From the NCBI GenBank assembly GCA_038065315.1, contig JBBTRF010000001.1:33642-97641 (forward strand): DNA of 64,000 bases, read 5' to 3'. Below, in pieces: positions 30,368-37,947 of the stretch. Source of the DNA: Patescibacteria group bacterium. GTDB taxonomy: Bacteria; Patescibacteriota; Minisyncoccia; Phycocordibacterales; JBBTRF01. The translations under genes and the position numbers were made by a program. Within the stretch, counting starts at the first letter, position 1; every line of letters starts with the position of its first letter. The notes below the pieces were generated by a model, which saw only the letters and a list, made by a program, of their open reading frames with translations, made no database searches and was not told where the DNA came from.

Positions 30368-31711
30368 CTATTTTACCAACTTCGAAATCTCTTCGATCTT
30401 CACCGTCTTCTCCTCACCACTCTTCAGATTTTTGAGCTTGAACACGCCGGTCTTTATTTCCTCCTCGCCAATCACGATCACAAAAGGAATGTTTTGCTTG
30501 TCGGCATACTTGATCTGGTCACCAATTTTGCGGCCGGAATAGTCGACGGCCACGCTCACACCCGCCGCGCGGAGCTCCTGGGCGATCTCTTGCGCGCTGT
30601 CGTCGAGCGAGGCGGTGCCGGTGACGCCCATCACCGCCAAATACAAATCTGCACTTTTTGCGGCACCCGGGAGCAAGTTGCGAGATTCGAGAAGGTCGCG
30701 GAGCACGACATCGCCGGCACCAAAGCCGAAAGCAGCCACTTTTTCGGCGCCAAAAATATCAAGGAGGTCGTCGTAGCGACCGCCGCCGAAGACGGATCGG
30801 CGATTCTCTGGGCTGGTATCGAATACTTCAAATACGATGCCGGTGTAATAGTCGAAGCCGCGCATCAACGTCTGGCTGAAGCGGGCATTGGTGATACCGA
30901 GCAACTCGAGCTTTCCGAGCAGTGTTTGTATTTCGATGAAAGCCTCGTGTCCCTTGGCCGCGGCCCGCGCGCTTTCCGGCAGGTGCGAGATAAATTCGTC
31001 AAAATTCTGCGAATTGAGCAAGGCCAAAAACTTTTGAGTCTTCTCGTGATCGTGTTTGATTCCGATCAAAGCTTCAATCTTCGCAGCAAAATCGCTGGCC
31101 GGCATTTTCTCCTTGCGGTCGATGAGTTTGGAGACGGCGCGAGCGGTCTCCGCGTCGAGACCAAAGACGTCGCTGAGAATGTAGTTCATCACTTTGCGGC
31201 TGTTGATCAAAATTTCAAAATCAACATCCTTCAAGCCGAATTCGCGGAGCAGGGCAGAGGCGATCGAGATTACCTCGACTTCGGCTTGCACGGTTTTTAC
31301 GCCAAAAATATCGACGTTGAGCTGCCAGTGTTCGCGGAGACGGCCCTTCTGTGGCTGTTCGTATCGAAAAAGATTGGGGATCGAATACCAACGGAGCGGG
31401 AAGCTGAGCACTTTGCGCTCGGCGGCGATCATGCGGGCCACGGTCGGAGTCATTTCAGGGCGGAGAGTGACCTCGCGTTCGCCGCGGTCGATGAAAGTGT
31501 AGGTCTGCTCGTTGACGATCTCCTCGCCGGACTTGGCTTTGTAGAGCTCGGCCGGTTCGAGGACAGATGCGCCGTATTCAGTGTAGCCGAAACGCTCCAC
31601 TACGCGGCGCATGGTGCCGAAGATATGATTCTGCACCGCCATCTCGGCCGGATAGAAGTCGCGGACGCCCTTGTATGGGTCGGTGGACAGAGGTTTTTTC
31701 GGTGTAGACAT
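30368..31711 (-). CDS. hisS: Histidine--tRNA ligase
   Basis: Class II aaRS motifs; start MSTPKKPL at 31711 (the ORF-track extension to 31825 is unlikely). Confidence 0.9.
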   Translation of the reverse strand: MSTPKKPLSTDPYKGVRDFYPAEMAVQNHIFGTMRRVVERFGYTEYGASVLEPAELYKAKSGEEIVNEQTYTFIDRGEREVTLRPEMTPTVARMIAAERKVLSFPLRWYSIPNLFRYEQPQKGRLREHWQLNVDIFGVKTVQAEVEVISIASALLREFGLKDVDFEILINSRKVMNYILSDVFGLDAETARAVSKLIDRKEKMPASDFAAKIEALIGIKHDHEKTQKFLALLNSQNFDEFISHLPESARAAAKGHEAFIEIQTLLGKLELLGITNARFSQTLMRGFDYYTGIVFEVFDTSPENRRSVFGGGRYDDLLDIFGAEKVAAFGFGAGDVVLRDLLESRNLLPGAAKSADLYLAVMGVTGTASLDDSAQEIAQELRAAGVSVAVDYSGRKIGDQIKYADKQNIPFVIVIGEEEIKTGVFKLKNLKSGEEKTVKIEEISKLVK

Positions 31712-31868
31712 AGTGAGGATATTGTAGCAAATCAGCCTTATTTTACGAAGTTTTCTGGAGCATTGACACATAGTACTATAAGGTGATATAATACATCTCG
31801 AACAGGGATTGCGGCATGTCGCCAAAATCTAGACTGTTCTTTGGAAATCAGAACAAAAAGGAAACACC

Positions 31869-32696
31869 GTGAAAGGTACACCCTTGTCGGATGCAAATGA
31901 TGTCGCGCTCACAGTGCGCGCCATCGCTCTCGGTATGAAATTGGCACTCAATCTGCCGAAAGTGTTCACGCTCAGAGAGCTTGAGCATTACGAAGCCAAT
32001 CTTGATGAGCTTCCCGGGATTCTCCGGAACGGCTCTCGCTTTACCGCGACAGCCACCCAAGAAGGTGCGACTCAGACAGAACCTCCCCCGCGTCCCTCCT
32101 TCGCCTTTGCTGACACGAACGCCCTCAAGGCGATCGAGGAAGCCGAGGACTTTGCCGAGAAACACTTCGGCCATCGCCCCGACTTGCGCAAGCAGTTCAC
32201 GATGCCGAAGGTTTTGCCCTGGAAAATTGTGATCGCGGTCTATGATCCCGGCACTTTGACCCATCGCCAAGCAGTGGAGCAGGCCCTCAAGGCCCAGCCC
32301 AAGCTTAAGAGTGTGTATGAGGAGCGGGACCTGATGGACTACAAGGACGCGAAAGCTTCCGGCAAGCCCACTCTTCGCTTCGTTGAACGCTCGACGCAGC
32401 CGACACCGGACACGATGAATCTCACCGCAGACGAGATGGTGGCCACAGGGCGCGTCTTCCTCGATCTGCGCGGTTACATCATCGCCTTCGGCATGTATCA
32501 CAAGGTGACCGGCCACTTCCTCGACCCGAAGACGTGGACCCGGTTCCCAACATCGAGGCTCCCCGACGGCGGGGTGGCGAGTGGCTACTGGTTTCCGGGC
32601 TACTCGAAGGTCCGCTTCGACTGGGACTACGCCGGCTATCGCGGCTCCGACATCGGTGGTCGCGAGGCAGTCAATTGTGCCCTTGCAACTCCTTGA
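31869..32696 (+). CDS. DGR target (variable) protein; the C-terminal ~38 aa are encoded by the variable region
   Basis: GTG start with upstream AAAAAGGA; the C-terminal coding 116 nt matches the template repeat downstream except at TR adenines. Confidence 0.8.
   Translation: MKGTPLSDANDVALTVRAIALGMKLALNLPKVFTLRELEHYEANLDELPGILRNGSRFTATATQEGATQTEPPPRPSFAFADTNALKAIEEAEDFAEKHFGHRPDLRKQFTMPKVLPWKIVIAVYDPGTLTHRQAVEQALKAQPKLKSVYEERDLMDYKDAKASGKPTLRFVERSTQPTPDTMNLTADEMVATGRVFLDLRGYIIAFGMYHKVTGHFLDPKTWTRFPTSRLPDGGVASGYWFPGYSKVRFDWDYAGYRGSDIGGREAVNCALATP
32557..32672 (+). repeat. DGR variable region (VR)
   Basis: 116-nt match to 32982-33097; all 19 mismatches are at positions where the TR has A. Confidence 0.9.
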
Positions 32697-32981
32697 GCCC
32701 CTTGTTTCCTTCGACTTCTCCTCTTCACCCCTCGGCTTGCTATGGCAGGTCGGGGGTTTTTCTATGCGACAATGTGACAAAAGCAGCTCGTTTACGCTAT
32801 ACTTTTTGCAGGCTGTTAAATTGGTCCGATATTTTCAATCTGTGAAAAATGTCTGACAACAATTTGCCTAACAATAGAAACTGCTTGCTCACGTTTATAT
32901 TACGCATGCTCTGCCGCACGCATTCTCAACTCAGGAGTTTTTGCAAAAGGACTCCGGTGATACGGACGAATGTGGGCAATA

Positions 32982-33097
32982 AGGCTCCCCGACGGCAAGG
33001 TGGCGAATGGCAACTGGAATCCGGACAACTCGAAGGTCAACTTCAACTGGAACAACGCCGACAATCGCAACTCCAACATCGGTGGTCGCGAGGAAGT
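32982..33097 (+). repeat. DGR template repeat (TR)
   Basis: AAC-codon-rich (encodes NGNWNPDNSKVNFNWNNADNRNSN); 97/116 identity to VR, differing only at TR adenines. Confidence 0.9.
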
Positions 33098-33100
33098 TTC

Positions 33101-33484
33101 TCACAACAAAGAGCCACTAGGCTCTTTTTGTGTCTGGCTCGGCAGTGCGCCTGTTTGGATCGCATATGTCAGCCAGCCGTTGGTCATTTTCGAAATCTCG
33201 ATGAGTTGCTCGTAGAATCGAAAATACGTTTTCTCGGGGATGATTTGCAGTTCATGTTCAGTTCGGACAAGGTGTTTCAATATCTCGACTTGCAATCGCA
33301 GCTCCTCCAGCGCGCTTTGTTTTTCTTGCCGCGGCCGGAAAGCCGCTTCTACAGCGAGCGCAAGGCAGGCGAGAGACTGCTTTTCTATCTGTGCATGGAT
33401 ACCGAGTTTGTCTCGCTTCGATAATTTTTCTGCGCTACAATACAAGTCCTTATGCAACAGGCGAATAGCACGGATGATGGGCAA
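33101..33484 (-). CDS. avd: Avd-like accessory variability determinant (four-helix-bundle protein), probable TTG start
   Basis: LSKRDKLGIHAQIEKQSLACLALAVEAAFR and EISKMTNGWL align with the TIGR02436/Avd consensus (kyglTsQirRAavSIpsNIAEG ... mLngLi); the ORF-track start 33628 would overlap the RT N-terminus. Confidence 0.55.
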   Translation of the reverse strand: MPIIRAIRLLHKDLYCSAEKLSKRDKLGIHAQIEKQSLACLALAVEAAFRPRQEKQSALEELRLQVEILKHLVRTEHELQIIPEKTYFRFYEQLIEISKMTNGWLTYAIQTGALPSQTQKEPSGSLL

Positions 33485-33552
33485 AGTGGTATCACTGGGA
33501 GCGGTTTTGGTAGTAGCGGGGGGGGGGTATTCATGGTTTTGATTTTCGTGAT

Positions 33553-34590
33553 GTAATATTTGACGACATCGTATCGCTAAGAAGTCTTTTTTCGGCTTGG
33601 CGCCGGTTTTCAAAAGGGAAGCGGTCAAAGAAGGATGTTACCCTATTTGAGCTCCATTTGGAAGACAATCTCTTTTCTCTGCATCGTCGGCTGGTCTCGG
33701 GAGAGTGGCGTCCTGACCCGTATCAGGCTTTTTTGGTGCAGGATCCGAAGCTCCGACGAATCCATAAGGCGAGCGTCGGCGACAGGGTGCTGTATCAAGC
33801 TGTGTATCAGACGCTGTATCCGCTGTTCGACAAGCATTTTATCCATGATTCATACGCCTCTCGCGATCTGAAAGGTACGCATCGGGGTGTCGAGCGGTTT
33901 GGGGTGTTTGCGAAAAAAGTAAGTGCCAATCATTGCCATGCAGCTTTTGTGTTGAAGTGTGACGTGCGGAAATTTTTCGACTCCATTGATCACGACATTT
34001 TGTTGGAACTGCTGGGGCGGAAGCTTGGCGGCCGCGCGTCGGGCACTCCACACCTGCTCAGACTTCTCGAAAAGATCATCCGCTCTTTTGAGGCTTCACC
34101 TGGCAAAGGGCTGCCGCTCGGAAATGTCACGAGCCAGATTTTTGCGAATATCTACCTCAACAAACTCGATCAATTTGTGAAGCATTTCCTGCGCGCGCAA
34201 TACTATATACGATACTGCGACGATTTTGTATTGCTATCGTCGTCGCGCGAGGAGCTCGAGGGTTGGACTCGGGAAATCGGCCAATTTTTGCAGGAGCATC
34301 TGAAACTTTCATTGCATCCGAACAAGGTCACGATACGCAAGCTGCTCCAGGGAACGGATTTTCTCGGGTATGTGAGCTTGCCGCGCTATCGCGTGTTGCG
34401 GACGAAAACCAGAAACAGGATGTTCAAAAAGATCGTTGGACTCGCGGCTGAGGTGAAGAGTGGAAAGATTTCTGAGGATCGTTTTTGCAATTCACTCGCT
34501 TCCTATCTCGGCATGTTGAGACATTGCAAAAGTAAGAAGGTGTTGGCGGAACTCGGCACGCTACTTGGTACCGCTGACCAACCCCGATGA
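33553..34590 (+). CDS. DGR-type reverse transcriptase (probable GTG start upstream of ORF-track start 33658)
   Basis: LPLGNVTSQIFANIYLNKLD (DGR-specific SQ motif), YCDDFVL (YxDD); an upstream in-frame AWRRFSKGKRSKKDV matches the usual DGR RT N-terminus. Confidence 0.85.
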   Translation, partial: VIFDDIVSLRSLFSAWRRFSKGKRSKKDVTLFELHLEDNLFSLHRRLVSGEWRPDPYQAFLVQDPKLRRIHKASVGDRVLYQAVYQTLYPLFDKHFIHDSYASRDLKGTHRGVERFGVFAKKVSANHCHAAFVLKCDVRKFFDSIDHDILLELLGRKLGGRASGTPHLLRLLEKIIRSFEASPGKGLPLGNVTSQIFANIYLNKLDQFVKHFLRAQYYIRYCDDFVLLSSSREELEGWTREIGQFLQEHLKLSLHPNKVTIRKLLQGTDFLGYVSLPRYRVLRTKTRNRMFKKIVGLAAEVKSGKISEDRFCNSLASYLGMLRHCKSKKVLAELGTLLGTADQPR

Positions 34591-34857
34591 ACTAAAAAAG
34601 CTGGAACACAAGTTTCCAACTGTTTTTAGTTCTGGCGAGACTCCCGGTCCTCGCATGCGTGCCTCTCAGTGAAGAGAGCGCTGGGGAGAGATTTTCCAGT
34701 CTTCAGATGACCCTTCTTTACCCCTAAAGTATAAATAATCGGGGAGATTTTTGCAAGCTTAGAAAAGAAGATTGGCAAAAGAGAAATGCCGCGTCCTTTC
34801 AGGCGCGGCATTTGAATTTGTCGGGAGGTTTTTGAGTGACTCAGTTTGTGGCAATGA

Positions 34858-35310
34858 TCAGCTCGCCGAGACCTTCTTGCAGGTAGTGATGAGGTAGAGC
34901 CCCGCAGCGATGAGGCCGCCACCAGCGCAGAATTTCCACAGCACCACCTTGTCCCATTCCTTGAAGATCGTGGCGCTGATGAGCACGGCGATGAAAGGGT
35001 TGGTGCCGACGATGAGGAAGATCGTGGAAGCCGTAGACTGCATGTCGGGGGCAAGTGCGCGGGTCCAGAGCAGCATCGCGATAGTCCAGATCGCGCCGAC
35101 CATGACTCCAACGGAGCAGGCTTGCAGAGACGGCAGGGGCACGTCGCGGTGGTTCCACCAGTAGACGATGCCGATGATTAGGCCACCGAGCGAGCTACTG
35201 AAAATGGTGCTACTGGTGGTGAGGCCGAGGCGCTGGCCGATACCCATGAGGGGATTGGCGATGCCGTAGAGGACAGAGGCGATGAGGGAGAGCCAGAGGT
35301 AGGTTTTCAT
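34858..35310 (-). CDS. EamA/DMT-family small membrane transporter (4-5 TM)
   Basis: Hydrophobic multi-TM profile with EamA-like pattern. Confidence 0.6.
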   Translation of the reverse strand: MKTYLWLSLIASVLYGIANPLMGIGQRLGLTTSSTIFSSSLGGLIIGIVYWWNHRDVPLPSLQACSVGVMVGAIWTIAMLLWTRALAPDMQSTASTIFLIVGTNPFIAVLISATIFKEWDKVVLWKFCAGGGLIAAGLYLITTCKKVSAS

Positions 35311-35413
35311 GTGCTATATTGGGTTGACGAACCGTTGTAGTCCGAGCAATTTTCTGAGCCAGCATCAACACTAAACATTTTTGGAGTTTTGTCAACAAAG
35401 TCGCAGAACGCAC

Positions 35414-36205
35414 ATGCCTTTCCTCATCAACAAAAAGCTCGGCGAAACGCCGCTCAAATGTCTCGAGCGTTTTTGCGCTGAAAGAGCTGCTGTGGGCAAG
35501 GTTGCTTTTGCCGATGCTCGCTCTATGCCATTTACCTACGCTGGCCGACTTGATCCAATGGCTGAAGGCCTGCTCGTGGTGCTCGCGGGCGAAGAGTGTA
35601 AACAGAAGGAAAAATATCTTGGTTTGGACAAAGTGTATGAGACAGAATTTTTGCTCGGAGTGGAGACGGATACGCATGATGTGTTGGGAATGGTGCAGGA
35701 TTCCGCGCTGGCCGCAACCTCTCAACAGTCCTCGAACACTTCTTTAGAACAATTTGAGACGGTCTTGAGAACATTTTTAGGTAAACGCATACAGGTGTAC
35801 CCGGCGTATTCTTCGAAGCCGCACAAGGGTCGGCCGTTGTTCGAGCTGGCGCGTGCTGGCGAGTTGCCAACTGAAGGTGAGATGCCGAGCAGGGAGGTCG
35901 AGATCTATCAGATCGAGGTGCTGGGTGAACGCATCGTGACAGCCGACGAGCTAGAGCAGCAGATCCTCGAAAGGATCGCGCTCGTGAAGGGCGATTTTCG
36001 GCAGCCGGAGATCGCAGTAAGGTGGCGGCAGTTTTTCCAGACGAATCATGATCGAAATTTTCAGGTGTTATCGCTCCGTATCCACTGTTCAAGCGGCACC
36101 TATATCCGCTCACTGGCGCAGGAAATAGGGAAACGTCTTGGCACTGGCGCCATCGCTTTTTCGATCAAACGCACGCAGGTGGGTGATTTTTTGCTATCGG
36201 CGTAG
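35414..36205 (+). CDS. truB: tRNA pseudouridine synthase TruB-family protein (paralog 1)
   Basis: GRLDPMAEGLLVVLAGEECK catalytic Asp motif; C-terminal SGTYIRSLAQEIG. Confidence 0.75.
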   Translation: MPFLINKKLGETPLKCLERFCAERAAVGKVAFADARSMPFTYAGRLDPMAEGLLVVLAGEECKQKEKYLGLDKVYETEFLLGVETDTHDVLGMVQDSALAATSQQSSNTSLEQFETVLRTFLGKRIQVYPAYSSKPHKGRPLFELARAGELPTEGEMPSREVEIYQIEVLGERIVTADELEQQILERIALVKGDFRQPEIAVRWRQFFQTNHDRNFQVLSLRIHCSSGTYIRSLAQEIGKRLGTGAIAFSIKRTQVGDFLLSA

Positions 36206-36391
36206 CCAGACCCGTTTCACCTCTCCAAAACCCTTGACGCCGCATCGTTTTTATCGTAAAACTTGACTTTCCGACTCGCCTGTGCTATACTTCTTTTGTT
36301 GTAGATTTCTCAGTGTTTTCAAGCGCAACGCGCATTTTGGAGCTTTTGGGAAGGTCGTCTACACGTATTAGATTTCATTCAAAAGTACCCA

Positions 36392-36697
36392 ATGGCAAAG
36401 AAGTTGTACATCGGTGGTCTTTCGTACGGAACTACCCAGGACGGTCTCAAAGAGGCATTCTCTAAGGCTGGCATGGTGAGCTCTACTACGATCATCATCG
36501 ACAAAATGACCGGAAAGAGCCGAGGTTTTGGATTCGTTGAAATGCCAAATGACGCGGAAGCGGATGCGGCGATCAACATGTTCCACGGCCAGCAGCTCGA
36601 CGGTCGAACTCTCACCGTCAATGAGGCACGTCCGATGGCTCCTCGAACTGATCGCCCAATGCGATCATTCGGCGGCGGCGATCGACGAAGCTTCTAA
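36392..36697 (+). CDS. RRM-domain RNA-binding protein
   Basis: RNP2 KLYIGGL and RNP1 RGFGFVEM motifs. Confidence 0.85.
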   Translation: MAKKLYIGGLSYGTTQDGLKEAFSKAGMVSSTTIIIDKMTGKSRGFGFVEMPNDAEADAAINMFHGQQLDGRTLTVNEARPMAPRTDRPMRSFGGGDRRSF

Positions 36698-36795
36698 CAA
36701 GAGACAAAAAAGCTCCCGCAAGGGGGCTTTTTTGTTTGGCGCAAGTGTGGGATACTACTCCTGTTATCAGCGAATATCAGCAAAATAAAATCGAT

Positions 36796-37269
36796 ATGAA
36801 TTTTATCTCAAAAGTCGCAGTGTGGTTTCGAAATGAGGACGCGGGCCTCCTCGTGCTCCGAGTGGCGGTGGCGATTCCGTTTATTGTTCACGGATATGCC
36901 AAGCTTGCCGATCATGGTATGTATGTGCAGGCATTTGCGAGCATGGGCATCTTTGCTCCAGCTTTCATGGCCTGGTTTGTTGGCTTGGTTGAGTTTGTTG
37001 GCGGCATTGTGGTCTTGCTCGGCATTTTCGTGCGAACAGCGGGGGTCCTCCTAACTGTGGTGATGGTGGTAGCAATTGCGACTGTCCACGCAAAGAGCGG
37101 ATATTCAGCAATGACCGGTGGCTACGAGTACCAGCTCACTCTTTTGTTGACAGCGTTGGCGGTGGCTTTCACTGGCGCTGGCAAGTATGTTCCAGCTCCG
37201 TTGGCGAAGCTTGAAGCGAAGTGTTGTGCTGGTTGTGCTAGCACCTGCGGTTGTGACGAGACGAAGTAG
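36796..37269 (+). CDS. DoxX-family membrane protein with Cys-rich C-terminal tail
   Basis: 4-TM DoxX-like profile; C-terminus AKCCAGCASTCGCDETK. Confidence 0.65.
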   Translation: MNFISKVAVWFRNEDAGLLVLRVAVAIPFIVHGYAKLADHGMYVQAFASMGIFAPAFMAWFVGLVEFVGGIVVLLGIFVRTAGVLLTVVMVVAIATVHAKSGYSAMTGGYEYQLTLLLTALAVAFTGAGKYVPAPLAKLEAKCCAGCASTCGCDETK

Positions 37270-37467
37270 CATACTTTTTTCTTGAGAAACAAAAAACCGC
37301 CCAGACAAGACGGGCGGTTTTTTGTTTGGGCACATCTTCATACAAAATTGAACAAAAATTGAGTATCTCTTTAACAAAAATTAGGCATTTCTTGAACCTT
37401 TCTTAGCAGTTTCTCTACCGATGCTTTGCTAGAGTATGGGTTCAGCGGGGGTGGTGAGGCAAAAAAC

Positions 37468-37534
37468 AGTAGATGCGGATTTCTCATACTTTGTATGAAT
37501 TTGTATGAGAAAGTATGAGAAATCCGCATCTACT
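37468..37534. repeat. Palindromic intergenic repeat element, copy B (25-nt perfect arms)
   Basis: agtagatgcggatttctcatacttt ... aaagtatgagaaatccgcatctact with a 17-nt loop; same core as 7063-7110 and 62721-62775. Confidence 0.85.
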
Positions 37535-37614
37535 AAAAAACATCGGCAGACACCCTCTCGGATGTTTTATTACTAATCTCAACCGCTACTTTTCGGCTGT
37601 CTAGTTCAAATACT

Positions 37615-37941
37615 ATGAGAAAAAGAATCACACTATCCCTGTCGAATAATTTGCTAGAAAAGGTTCGTGTTGCCAAAGACGAGCGAGAAATTTCAACTAC
37701 AATGAGCGCAATGTTCGAAAACATTATCGTTGTGTGGGACCACGCGCGGAAACTCAAAACTGTTGAAAAGAAAAAGACGAACAGAGCTTTTTCTGAGTCA
37801 TTTGCTCGAGAAATGAAAGAACACCCCGAGTGGTATATCGGCGACGGGCCGGATGATCCAGGTCACGATGAAGACGAAGGAGTTGGATTTTGGCGTAACT
37901 ATTATGCGAAACAAAAACCGCCGCCTCCTCGCGGTTTTTGA
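37615..37941 (+). CDS. Ribbon-helix-helix (CopG/antitoxin-like) DNA-binding protein with acidic C-terminal tail
   Basis: KRITLSLSNNLLEKVRVAKDEREISTTMSAMFENII fits a beta-alpha-alpha RHH pattern. Confidence 0.5.
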   Translation: MRKRITLSLSNNLLEKVRVAKDEREISTTMSAMFENIIVVWDHARKLKTVEKKKTNRAFSESFAREMKEHPEWYIGDGPDDPGHDEDEGVGFWRNYYAKQKPPPPRGF

Positions 37942-37947
37942 CCGACA

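Noticed and set aside
32849-33424. Plus-strand ORFs 32849-33424 and 32970-33215 overlapping the template repeat
   Set aside because: They are reading-frame artefacts of the TR (which copies the end of the target gene); the minus-strand Avd-like frame is the protein-like one in this interval.
34626-35158. Minus-strand ORFs 34626-35111 and 34841-35158 overlapping the EamA-like gene
   Set aside because: These are alternative frames of the same region; only the 34858-35310 frame has a membrane-protein hydrophobicity pattern.
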